Source: a virus. From it: a DNA stretch of 64,000 bases. The DNA lies in the IMG/VR virus record IMGVR_UViG_3300021977_000001. One strand, 5' to 3'. Numbering within the stretch: position 1 is the stretch's first letter; each line of letters begins with the position of its first letter. This document shows positions 1 to 8,735 of the stretch, one piece after another. The notes beneath the pieces were generated by a model. The model had not been told where the DNA came from and ran no database searches. It saw only the letters and a program-made list of their open reading frames with translations. The translations under genes and the position numbers were made by a program.

Positions 1-374
1 AGCTCACCAACACGCATAGAAGCAGCGTTACCGCGCTCGTAAGGCGCTTCCAAGGCTTTAATAGATTCTGTCTGTCTAAGTCTATTGAGCTGACCTTCCA
101 GCTCCGTAGCACGTCTTGAGGCGTCATTGTTTTGTTCTCCATAATCTACTAACAACGTTGCTTGCTTTTCAGTTAACACAGTAAGTTGTTCTATTGTCAT
201 CTCTTGTTGTTCATTAACGGATTCAAGCGTGGCGATGTTTTGTTTTAACGTCTTTACTTCTAAGGCCTGTACTGCATAGTCGGTTTGTAAAGTTATCTTC
301 TGATACCCTAACCACCCGGCTAAGCCTAAAGACGCCAGTAAGCCCGCTGCGGCTATTTTATAACCTAATAACAT
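1..374 (-). CDS. Putative inner-membrane spanin-like protein (partial, runs off the left edge)
   Basis: Not in the ORF track; translated by hand from ATG at 374: MLLGYKIAAAGLLASLGLAGCWLGYQKITLQTDYAVQALEVKTLKQNIATLESVNEQQEMTIEQL... One N-terminal TM helix followed by a long coiled coil, directly downstream of a holin-like gene. Confidence 0.55.
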   Translation of the reverse strand, partial: MLLGYKIAAAGLLASLGLAGWLGYQKITLQTDYAVQALEVKTLKQNIATLESVNEQQEMTIEQLTVLTEKQATLLVDYGEQNNDASRRATELEGQLNRLRQTESIKALEAPYERGNAASMRVGE

Positions 375-384
375 ATCTCTATCC

Positions 385-774
385 TTACGGTGATTTAGTA
401 AGATCTACGCCAAGATATTTAGCAGCTAGTACGCTAATAAGTTTATCTAACGTAGATGGGGGGTTGGGGTCTAAGCCTAGGCCTGCAGCGGCACGTGTTT
501 TCTTATCTTGCGTGCGGTTATTAAAATAACTACGCAATACAAAAGCCGGTAGCCCAAGTAATGCGGTTATCTCTTCCCAACCAGGTAAATCTATTTGTCC
601 TGAAACCACACCCTTTACCATAGATACCATATATGTGGCATAAAAGGCAGTAAACAGAATAGCCATCAACCACGTAATACGTGGTCGTGTCTTACCACCC
701 TTAGCATCTTCCTTAGATAAGCTCTCCTGAACCGCGTTAAACTTATCAATGTCTATATTCTTTTGTTCTAACAT
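385..774 (-). CDS. Putative holin (resembles the 3TM/GTA holin family)
   Basis: Two hydrophobic helices (ITWLMAILFTAFYATYMVSMV; ITALLGLPAFVLRSYF) in an RP-I-W...LLG...R.YF..RT.DK pattern; next to a spanin-like gene. Confidence 0.5.
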   Translation of the reverse strand: MLEQKNIDIDKFNAVQESLSKEDAKGGKTRPRITWLMAILFTAFYATYMVSMVKGVVSGQIDLPGWEEITALLGLPAFVLRSYFNNRTQDKKTRAAAGLGLDPNPPSTLDKLISVLAAKYLGVDLTKSP

Positions 775-825
775 ACATCATAACCTGTTTTTAAACTTGT
801 TCATAAAATGAACACAATACATAGA

Positions 826-856
826 CGGCATAGAGAAGAGCTAAATGCTCTTCTCT
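826..856 (-). terminator. Hairpin followed by TATGCCG
   Basis: AGAGAAGAGC-taaat-GCTCTTCTCT stem with adjacent cggcata on the + strand, downstream of 862..1200. Confidence 0.75.
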
Positions 857-861
857 AAATA

Positions 862-1200
862 TTAAACCGTATCATCAAACCATAGCGACAATACCACTGC
901 GGTGGTACCCGCATCGTATTGCTGTCTAATATGATTGATCAATGTGTCATTTTCATAACAAAACACACGCTGTGTTTCTAAGTTACGTATAATGATGTCA
1001 ATTAAATCTCGCATATCACGATCAATAGCATCTTCAGAAAGTTTAGTATCTAAATGATGTCTAACCATTCCAACTGCTAAGCCTGCTGCTTTGCGCTGCC
1101 AGTTTTTATCAGTATGCATGTCGCTAACGACAGTATGATGTTTGGACGTATTAATGTGTTGACCACGTACGACAACGCTCGCTTCAAAGGTAATCTTCAC
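862..1200 (-). CDS. Hypothetical protein
   Basis: 112-aa ORF tiled within a minus-strand operon. Confidence 0.65.
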   Translation of the reverse strand: MKITFEASVVVRGQHINTSKHHTVVSDMHTDKNWQRKAAGLAVGMVRHHLDTKLSEDAIDRDMRDLIDIIIRNLETQRVFCYENDTLINHIRQQYDAGTTAVVLSLWFDDTV

Positions 1201-1530
1201 CTATTCTTCCTCATCTGGATATTCTTCATCTCTACCATGTAACTGGTATAGTTCATTTCCACTGGTGTGATCGAGTATATGTTCTAAGTTACCCTGATCG
1301 TTAGTGAAACACATGCCTTTAGGTAGGAACGTGCGATGGAAACGATTATGCCACTGGCCTGTAAACTTAGTGGGTTTACCATTTCTGTAATGGGTTGGTG
1401 CACATACACAACACAATACCATGTCGTTAGGGACGTTATCAAAATGTACTTCGTTACGACGGACGTTGTGGTATAGACCTAATGCGGTGTTCTCAGCTAC
1501 ACCGCATTTAATACATTGGAATATAGACAT
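1201..1530 (-). CDS. Cys/His-rich hypothetical phage protein, probably Zn-binding
   Basis: CxxC at the N-terminus (FQCIKC), CCxC (LCCVC) and WHNRF; abuts both neighbours. Confidence 0.7.
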   Translation of the reverse strand: MSIFQCIKCGVAENTALGLYHNVRRNEVHFDNVPNDMVLCCVCAPTHYRNGKPTKFTGQWHNRFHRTFLPKGMCFTNDQGNLEHILDHTSGNELYQLHGRDEEYPDEEE

Positions 1531-1541
1531 ACTACTTACTC

Positions 1542-2186
1542 TTAGATGGATTGATTTAATGCAAAGATCACATCATCAGCCACCATAGAGAACGTTTGAT
1601 CAGCATTGATAATTAAGGTTTTATTATCATCACCCATCACCTTATCATAAGCGCTAATAATCTCACCGTATCGACGATGCCACATCGTAAACGTACTAAG
1701 TGGCGCATCATCGTTCTTATCGGCAACATCACCACGACCAGCACCAGAGGTACAGCGCTTCTTAGCTACCTTAGGTGATACGTCTAGGTAGAACATAAAG
1801 TCAGGACGCTGATACGTGTTTGCTATCTCTTCAATAACAGGATGAAGAGGCTGACTAGAGTAATAGTCCCACTGATACGCTAATGTAGACATCCAGTAAC
1901 GATCTAATATCACCCACTTACCATCATCTAACAGGGGCTGCACCACGTCTACTAAAAGACGCCTTCTTGCTAGCCACAATAGTTCAGTTTGCGTTTCAAC
2001 ACTGATATCGCTATCGGGGTGTTTAATTAACGTCCTTACCGCTTCCCCTATCGGTGTGCTACCTGGTTCTCGAAACGTTAACGCTTCAATGCCTTGTACT
2101 TCCTTTAACCAAGTAATAATGCGTTCAACAATAGACGTTTTACCCGCACCTTCTATGCCTTCTACAACAATAAGTTTACCTGACAT
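1542..2186 (-). CDS. tmk: Thymidylate kinase
   Basis: P-loop VEGIEGAGKT, FREPG and LDRYWMSTLAYQ motifs. Start moved to MSGKL (ATG at 2186, AAGGTG RBS), which removes the overlap with dUTPase. Confidence 0.95.
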   Translation of the reverse strand: MSGKLIVVEGIEGAGKTSIVERIITWLKEVQGIEALTFREPGSTPIGEAVRTLIKHPDSDISVETQTELLWLARRRLLVDVVQPLLDDGKWVILDRYWMSTLAYQWDYYSSQPLHPVIEEIANTYQRPDFMFYLDVSPKVAKKRCTSGAGRGDVADKNDDAPLSTFTMWHRRYGEIISAYDKVMGDDNKTLIINADQTFSMVADDVIFALNQSI

Positions 2187-2187
2187 A

Positions 2188-2910
2188 TTACACCTTTGAG
2201 TAAGTGAGATGGTTATCCCATGCCGCTTGCAATGCGTCATGGATATAGTCTGCTACTTTATCGCTGGGAATATTTAAATCAATAGCAGTTAACACAGTAA
2301 CCTCTAAGATGGCATTATCAGCAGCAGATTCACCAGCGCTAGAAACGCACCAGTTGCGCTGATAAGTACCTTCTTTATCACCGTGTTGTTGTCTGAAATG
2401 ATTAAGTTGATTTTTACCAATATACCACGTATACAACGCTTCAAAACTCAGCCCTAAATCTTCCATAATACGCATGAAGTAAGTGATATCAGGTTCACGA
2501 AACTCAATGGTATCGTTAATAAAACGCTCTACATCAACGCAGAGTTCTTCCACACCCTCTGGAAAGGTTAACGGTTTCCCAAGCGGCCCTTCATTTAAAA
2601 TACTATCCGCTAGGATAATAGCCACATCTTGAAATGATTCTTCTTCATCACGACGTTGTAATAGATGTGATAGATAGAAATGCCAGATATCGACAACCTC
2701 AAGCTGAGCCTGTTTAATGCTAACTTCGCCTTTCTTCCACCATTCCCAGTCAACCCATTCGGTAACCAGCTCAGATGCCTCTGTCCACATAGCGCGATAC
2801 CAGGGACGTTCTAGACTTACCCAGTCTTCCGTTTTATTCATCACTACATTAACATCATGTTGTTTTTGAAGCATGTCAGTTAATGCGTTTATTAATTGCT
2901 CTTTATCCAT
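2188..2910 (-). CDS. dut: Dimeric (all-alpha) dUTPase
   Basis: TEASEL...WEWWKK...LEVVDIWHFYLS and KNQLNHFRQQHG.KEGTY motifs of the dUTPase_2 family. Start at MDKEQ (2910); the track extension to 3099 overlaps the next gene. Confidence 0.88.
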   Translation of the reverse strand: MDKEQLINALTDMLQKQHDVNVVMNKTEDWVSLERPWYRAMWTEASELVTEWVDWEWWKKGEVSIKQAQLEVVDIWHFYLSHLLQRRDEEESFQDVAIILADSILNEGPLGKPLTFPEGVEELCVDVERFINDTIEFREPDITYFMRIMEDLGLSFEALYTWYIGKNQLNHFRQQHGDKEGTYQRNWCVSSAGESAADNAILEVTVLTAIDLNIPSDKVADYIHDALQAAWDNHLTYSKV

Positions 2911-3181
2911 TATCTTTATCCTTACTAGGTAAAATGTAATCGTTAATCTGATCGATAGTATAGCCTTTAGGATCCGAAGACCATAATACTTGAGAGATAT
3001 CAACATTAAATGTGTAAGTCTTTTCACATACACTACATTGATGCGGTACTTTTTTACTTTCAACCCCACCCCACCAATCTGAAACACTATAGTCATCACG
3101 TAGAGGTTTTACAGGGTTACCGCATACATCGCAATCGTAGGCTATTTGAATAGGTGTTAGAATTACCTGTCTAGCGGGCAT
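2903..3181 (-). CDS. Zinc-ribbon hypothetical protein
   Basis: CDVC and CSVC pairs; overlaps the operon neighbours by a few bases. Confidence 0.65.
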   Translation of the reverse strand: MPARQVILTPIQIAYDCDVCGNPVKPLRDDYSVSDWWGGVESKKVPHQCSVCEKTYTFNVDISQVLWSSDPKGYTIDQINDYILPSKDKDNG

Positions 3182-3758
3182 AGCGGCGCTCCAATTTAAT
3201 TCTCATGTCAGTTTCTGAGTTCTCGGTGTTAACAAAGTGAAGAATCTGAAAACCAATACCGGGCGTTTTAGATTTCTCTAACTCGCTTATCTTTTCAATA
3301 GCAAATGAATCTAACAAGTCTTTATCAAAGAAAGCATCACAATCAAAATGCGATATTTTAGCATGTGATATTCGGGTAACTATATATCGGTCAACCCAGC
3401 GATGCATAGCTTTGTATATCTCACTCCCGCCACAAATAAATATCTTAGTACGTTCACCACCGGTGTCGATAGAATCTGCTAATGCTCTGGCTGTCCACAT
3501 AGCGTTTTCAGGACTAGAGGTCACTATACAGCCTTGTATATTTAGATTCATGTTTTTAGTAAGCACGATGGTGACGCGGCCTGGTAAGGGTCTACCTATG
3601 CTTTCAAAGGTCTTGCGGCCCATAATAACTATTTGTTTATAGGTGGTTGCTTTAAAGTGCTTAAAGTCCTCAGGACAATACCACGGAATGTTATTTTCCC
3701 GTCCTATACCCCAGCGGGTATCACAAGCCAATATACCGATAGCGTTGTCGTAATTCAT
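3171..3758 (-). CDS. folA: Dihydrofolate reductase
   Basis: GIGRENNIPW..PEDFKHFK, IMGRKTFESIGRPLPGR, ICGGSEIY and CDAFF motifs. Confidence 0.96.
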   Translation of the reverse strand: MNYDNAIGILACDTRWGIGRENNIPWYCPEDFKHFKATTYKQIVIMGRKTFESIGRPLPGRVTIVLTKNMNLNIQGCIVTSSPENAMWTARALADSIDTGGERTKIFICGGSEIYKAMHRWVDRYIVTRISHAKISHFDCDAFFDKDLLDSFAIEKISELEKSKTPGIGFQILHFVNTENSETDMRIKLERRYAR

Positions 3759-4069
3759 CGTGAGAATTCCTTAACCAATAATTCAGATCGTTCTGATGCT
3801 TCCAAATCCATTAGAAACATTAAATAAGCAATAGAGTCAGTGATCTCGCCCTTGGCTAGATGGTTTCTAAGTGCCGTTACACATTCTTGAGGCGTGTTAA
3901 AGAATCGCCCATCACCAACTTCACTGCCAACAGGCGGGTATCGCCAACCATGCGCTAAACCGTGTTTCTTTTGCGCTAAGGTTAGCTTTTTAAGCACCCG
4001 GTCTGTGGCCAGTGTGACGGTATTATGAGTATCGTCATGTAACTCATCAGTATCAATTAAATTACTCAT
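3755..4069 (-). CDS. Hypothetical protein (helical phage domain)
   Basis: 104-aa ORF with 4-nt overlap; KL..A..KHG...W...C...L.NH..KG...D pattern resembles small phage helical domains. Confidence 0.6.
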   Translation of the reverse strand: MSNLIDTDELHDDTHNTVTLATDRVLKKLTLAQKKHGLAHGWRYPPVGSEVGDGRFFNTPQECVTALRNHLAKGEITDSIAYLMFLMDLEASERSELLVKEFSR

Positions 4070-4430
4070 CTAACTCTCCGTTGTAGTGAAAAGGAATGTC
4101 ATAGTTGTTACAAATACGTTCAAACATTCCTATTAATAAATGACGATGACAAAACTCACCAGCCTTACAATAACAACCAAAGGCAACGTGTTCTCGCTTA
4201 GCCATTGCTTCAAAAAGGTTTCTATAACGTCTATAGCGATAACGCATGAGCTCTTGAAACTTCTGCGTGTATTCTTCTTCCGTAATCTCTTTACGTTTAT
4301 AGGCCATCAGTAACCCCCATGTAGGAGCTAGCCAACGATGACCACTCTTAACCGACGCATTAATGATAGTAATATCTTCAACGCCTTCTATGGATTCTAT
4401 CTTACCTATTTGATACGTATAACATTGCAT
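4062..4430 (-). CDS. DUF488-like protein
   Basis: LAPTW.LL...K...I..EEY...F...M and a C-terminal CYC....FCHRHLL motif. Confidence 0.6.
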   Translation of the reverse strand: MQCYTYQIGKIESIEGVEDITIINASVKSGHRWLAPTWGLLMAYKRKEITEEEYTQKFQELMRYRYRRYRNLFEAMAKREHVAFGCYCKAGEFCHRHLLIGMFERICNNYDIPFHYNGELDE

Positions 4431-4475
4431 GTTTATATACCTCTATAGGGTTTCTCAACGCTGTTAGAGTTAACA

Positions 4476-4504
4476 CGGCATAGAGGTCAGGGTTACCCCT
4501 GACC
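4476..4504 (-). terminator. Hairpin followed by TATGCCG
   Basis: GGTCAGGG-tta-CCCTGACC stem with adjacent cggcata on the + strand. Confidence 0.75.
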
Positions 4505-4897
4505 GACTCTAGGCTTACCTACAGGGCCCTCATCAGGCCGTATAGTTTCAAGTAGATTGCGTGATTCTTCATTGATCCGTTTAATCCTAAGTAATAAATC
4601 AATAATCTGGCGACTATTTAATTTAAGTGATTGAGAAGCAAGACTTCTATCTTTTTCGATATATTCCTGTTTCTCATTCATCTCAGCAATTAACTGATCA
4701 ATGATATCCTCCAAAGGTATACCATCTGGATTATTACGTGACATTAAAATAGGCGTGGTGCCCATCTTGTCTAACTTTCGAGTTACGTGAGTAAGTTGCG
4801 CCATTGGGTCAACTTTAGCCTGAATGACTTGCTCAATCTCAGCTAAAGTCTCATGACCTACATTAGTGGGTGTAACTAGAAAGAACGTTTTCATCAC
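4493..4897 (-). CDS. Hypothetical phage protein
   Basis: 134-aa ORF containing ILMSRNNPDGIPLE; 4-nt overlap with ruvC. Confidence 0.65.
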   Translation of the reverse strand: MMKTFFLVTPTNVGHETLAEIEQVIQAKVDPMAQLTHVTRKLDKMGTTPILMSRNNPDGIPLEDIIDQLIAEMNEKQEYIEKDRSLASQSLKLNSRQIIDLLLRIKRINEESRNLLETIRPDEGPVGKPRVGQG

Positions 4898-5469
4898 GAC
4901 CTCTTCAAATAAGTATTAAACTGCATCTGATATAACCAATAGGCAACTGCTACCGCATCCACGCTATGTTCATCTAAAGTCTCTACATCAAGACCATCAG
5001 CCCAAGCAATGCCGTCGTGATCAATTAGAGCACGCTGCATATCGTCTTTATCTTTAGAAGAACCTGATACCCCTAGGGCGTTCTTAACACTCTTAGGGTC
5101 TATCTCATTGAGCTTAAGGGCAAAGTCATGATAGATCAGCGCCTGGGTTACTGTACATACGCATTCTTTAAGTGCTCCATAGGCGGCAGGAAAACGTCCT
5201 AAGAAAGGTGTTTCAATAGCCACCGCATGAGGTTCCCATTGATCGAAAAGCTTAACAATAGCATTATAATGGCCATGTAATTTGGCTACACGATCACCAT
5301 GTACTTTTGCAATATGCGAATAACGCTTAACATGATCTTTCCCTTTAAAGGTAAATGACTGGACGCAGGTAACTTTATAGGTTTTAATATCAACCTCTAA
5401 AATACCCACGCCCATATTATCTACACTTGGATCAAATCCAATGATCCGATATGTATTTACGCCAAACAT
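4894..5469 (-). CDS. ruvC: RuvC-type Holliday junction resolvase
   Basis: IIGFDPS (Asp), VAIETPF (Glu), P..VK..LG..G...KDDM and DAVAVA catalytic motifs. Confidence 0.92.
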   Translation of the reverse strand: MFGVNTYRIIGFDPSVDNMGVGILEVDIKTYKVTCVQSFTFKGKDHVKRYSHIAKVHGDRVAKLHGHYNAIVKLFDQWEPHAVAIETPFLGRFPAAYGALKECVCTVTQALIYHDFALKLNEIDPKSVKNALGVSGSSKDKDDMQRALIDHDGIAWADGLDVETLDEHSVDAVAVAYWLYQMQFNTYLKRS

Positions 5470-5471
5470 AG

Positions 5472-5774
5472 TTAGTCTAACCTATTATTATTAAGCCTGA
5501 TAACCAGCATCTTACGCTGTGCGGCGGCAAGCGATAAATTAAAACGATGAACACTGCCGTTATCGTTTATCTCAAGAGGAAGTTTACAATTAGAGATATA
5601 AAGACCTCCACAACGATTACAATGACACGGCCACGCATTAGCACCGTATAACTGTTCGCGTGTATTATCGCTTATCGTACTTAGCACCACGATACCACCA
5701 CAATCCTTTGTCTCACACTTGTAGTTTAACGTGTGGGTGAAGGTGCTTGAGATTTTAATATGGTCAGCTAACAT
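5472..5774 (-). CDS. Cys-rich hypothetical protein
   Basis: C....C and CHCNRC motifs; tiled in the operon. Confidence 0.6.
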   Translation of the reverse strand: MLADHIKISSTFTHTLNYKCETKDCGGIVVLSTISDNTREQLYGANAWPCHCNRCGGLYISNCKLPLEINDNGSVHRFNLSLAAAQRKMLVIRLNNNRLD

Positions 5775-5784
5775 AAGTCACCTG

Positions 5785-6618
5785 TTAAATAGCAAGTGAC
5801 TCAGTACCACCTAAATTAAACTCAAGCGTTAAGCTGTTGTTTAACAACCAAAGTTGCTGATGTAGGGTGATGTGTGTGTTGACCTGAGCGGCGATTACCT
5901 CATTGTAGGTAAACGACCCTCCTTCATTGTTAACGGCGCTGTGTGTGAAATCTTGACCTGTCACTAGCGCAATTTCAGAAAGCGTCGCGTACTCCTCTTC
6001 ACCATAGATGATCTTAGCCGCATTAACGATTTCATTAATGATCTCAGTAGTGAAGTTAAGCGTGATGCCTGCTGACGCCGTCAGATACTCGCCGTCAGAT
6101 ACATTAATACCCGTAGGGTTAGTTTCAACTGGCGTAGGCTGCAAATCGCTTGATGACGGTGTATATGGTACCGTATTTTGCTCACCATCAGTTACGGTGA
6201 CACGACTATAGTCGATGTCTACATTAGTGTTATCTATACGTAAAAGATAATAAGCAATGTAGTTAACGCCATCAATCGTTTCTTCGCGACGCATACCGTA
6301 ACGTGCGCGCTCTGCAGAGGTAAGATCGTTATCTTCTTCTCGCAATACAAAAGGGAGATGTTTAAACAACGCAGCATCAGATGCCCTGTGGGTGTTTAGA
6401 CGGGTTAGGGAAGCACCATCAGCACCGGTTGCGTTTCTGTGACCACCACGACCTATTGCTAAATACTGCATGACCGGATACCCTTCAGTAGGATGGGTGC
6501 CGTCTAAAATACCAAACTTCTCATTAAGCGTGGTGTTATCTACGATGTCGTAGGGGATACCTAGCACTTGTGCTGATTGTAAAGCACTGGCATAGATAGT
6601 ACGTGTTACATTAGTCAT
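5785..6618 (-). CDS. Virion structural protein, phiKZ-like core (baseplate/tail region)
   Basis: 277 aa; TTLNEKFGI...YLAIGRGGH and ALFKHLPFVLR resemble conserved phiKZ-like structural proteins; located beside the portal locus. Confidence 0.65.
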   Translation of the reverse strand: MTNVTRTIYASALQSAQVLGIPYDIVDNTTLNEKFGILDGTHPTEGYPVMQYLAIGRGGHRNATGADGASLTRLNTHRASDAALFKHLPFVLREEDNDLTSAERARYGMRREETIDGVNYIAYYLLRIDNTNVDIDYSRVTVTDGEQNTVPYTPSSSDLQPTPVETNPTGINVSDGEYLTASAGITLNFTTEIINEIVNAAKIIYGEEEYATLSEIALVTGQDFTHSAVNNEGGSFTYNEVIAAQVNTHITLHQQLWLLNNSLTLEFNLGGTESLAI

Positions 6619-8695
6619 GTGTTATTTCCTTTACAGCTACTTCCACATTAGCAATACGTATTGAACCTAACGTACGTGCCTGGGTATGAAGTGATGCAGT
6701 ATCGAGTTGATTAAGGGAGAACTGTGCATACGATGGGCTAACGTCATTTAACCTTAACACGGCCGCTTGACTATCTAAACGCCCCATGTCGGTTCGCATG
6801 CTGGCGTCTTTGATTCGCATCGTCGAATGGTAGTCACCGTCGTTGTGAGAACCTGATATGTCCAGTTCAGAGATTTTAAAACGATTAGTATCAACACTGA
6901 ACGCGTTTTGACCTAATAAGGTAGGAACTACGTTAATGTCGTAACTTGTTAATTGATTAAGAATAGATACAAGTGCCGCCTGTATAGACTCAGCAGTCGT
7001 ATCGGTAGAGGCATCGCTACCTGTAGAGGTTTCAAGTATAACATCCATAAATGCTTGCGCATCGGTTAAACTGATATCCTCAACATCAATGTCATTGACG
7101 AACAGCCACTGATCATACGAGCTAATGTTGCTCAATGTTAATTCTTTAGACTGTGTGATGCGATTAAATAGAATACGCAGATCTGCTTTCTCTTCTAACT
7201 TACTCGCCATGTTAGAGGCGGTCAGTATAGACGCAATAACATTATATACCGCCTGTACATGTTCAAAGAACCCTTCTGCGTTAATAATGTTAGATGTTGT
7301 AGGTAGGCTTAAGAACATACTACGATAAGGCTCGACGTATTTTGGATTAAGACCTTCGATAAACGTATCCCAGTCCTGCAAGACCGGTTCTACCGTAAGT
7401 AGTGTAGTAAAGGTAGGGATAGTGTCTAAGGTAACGCCCAGTGTACGATTAAACAAATACAGATAGAGAATAAAGGCATCCGCCGCACTGATCTGTAGTA
7501 TGTTACCACTATGCGGGTTAACTAATGTAACGTTACCGCTATAGACGCCCGTGTTAGATAAATACGCCCAGTGTTCTAATAGTAACTGACTCAGATTCAC
7601 TGCTTCAAAACTGTCGTTAATTTCAACCACAGATTCTACAACTTTAGTCAATACTCTATCACGCCCTGACCGCTGCATTTTAAGCACCCACTCATCCGTG
7701 AGTTCTTCTGCATTTAATCCATTATCAGACGCAAAGTCTTGAACTAGCTGCGTTAGCTCATCTGGCGTGTATATTTGAATAGCATCAGCGCTAACTAAGG
7801 AATCGTTAAGGGGGTAACGTATTACGTCTATTTCCGGACGAATAGAATCAGGTAGACTATCTGTACGATGACGCAGATCGTACGCGTATAGCGGTAGACC
7901 ACGTTGAGTCAATAGGTTTTCTATTAACAACTTAAACGTTGATGTCTTACCTGAGTTCTTATAAATGTAACGAATGTTTCTATATAGAAACAACGCCTGG
8001 GCGGTACTTAATGTATCTCTAAATCCACTCAGTCCACCACGGCTAGCAAGATAAGTCCAAACATGATAGCTGTGGGCTTTATACGTCTTAGCGTTATCTA
8101 ACCGTATGTTAACAATAGCGTTAGGGAGATGGCTATACATAACACCCATAGCTGCTGCTAAATAGAGATCATCGCTGATAGTATAGTCGTTAATATGCCA
8201 ACGCAGCATGTGTCGACGTATCCATGTCTGGATACGGTTAACTAAATCAGCCTCGTTAGCCTCTACTAAGTCATCGTTGTAGTGTAGGATATCCCAATCC
8301 GCTGCAGACAATGCTACGTCTATGTCAACGGGATTAACAATACCACGTATTAGTGTTTCTTGTTCTGGGTAACGAGCAAGAAGTGAGAGGTAAGCTTCGG
8401 AGTTAAACGTATAGGCTTTCGCCGTAGAACGATGTATCTCTAAACTTTCTCGGGTGAATGCTATGACCTCTAAAGTATCAAGGGATGTTACCGTCATTGG
8501 CGTATCAAAACTATGATACTGCCCATTTAAATTAAGATAATACTTCCACGTACTCGGATCGGTTTCATCAACGTCTACTCCATAAAGAGTGAGCTCTGCA
8601 TTAATAGCAGCAGCGACTTCGCTGGATTTTAAAATGATCGAACGAGCTAGATTAATACAGCTTTGTCGATAAAGATCGTAGGTAGAGTCAGACAT
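6611..8695 (-). CDS. Virion structural protein, phiKZ-like core (baseplate wedge-like)
   Basis: 694 aa; P.TWKYYLNLNG.YH..D motif; divergent from the portal gene as in phiKZ-like genomes. Confidence 0.65.
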   Translation of the reverse strand: MSDSTYDLYRQSCINLARSIILKSSEVAAAINAELTLYGVDVDETDPSTWKYYLNLNGQYHSFDTPMTVTSLDTLEVIAFTRESLEIHRSTAKAYTFNSEAYLSLLARYPEQETLIRGIVNPVDIDVALSAADWDILHYNDDLVEANEADLVNRIQTWIRRHMLRWHINDYTISDDLYLAAAMGVMYSHLPNAIVNIRLDNAKTYKAHSYHVWTYLASRGGLSGFRDTLSTAQALFLYRNIRYIYKNSGKTSTFKLLIENLLTQRGLPLYAYDLRHRTDSLPDSIRPEIDVIRYPLNDSLVSADAIQIYTPDELTQLVQDFASDNGLNAEELTDEWVLKMQRSGRDRVLTKVVESVVEINDSFEAVNLSQLLLEHWAYLSNTGVYSGNVTLVNPHSGNILQISAADAFILYLYLFNRTLGVTLDTIPTFTTLLTVEPVLQDWDTFIEGLNPKYVEPYRSMFLSLPTTSNIINAEGFFEHVQAVYNVIASILTASNMASKLEEKADLRILFNRITQSKELTLSNISSYDQWLFVNDIDVEDISLTDAQAFMDVILETSTGSDASTDTTAESIQAALVSILNQLTSYDINVVPTLLGQNAFSVDTNRFKISELDISGSHNDGDYHSTMRIKDASMRTDMGRLDSQAAVLRLNDVSPSYAQFSLNQLDTASLHTQARTLGSIRIANVEVAVKEITHD

Positions 8696-8735
8696 ATTGC
8701 ACTTCGCTCTTTATTACAGTTATAGGTAAATACAC

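Noticed and set aside
2911-3099. N-terminal extension of dUTPase to 303 aa
   Set aside because: It overlaps the zinc-ribbon gene in another frame; the enzyme domain and an RBS fit the start at 2910.
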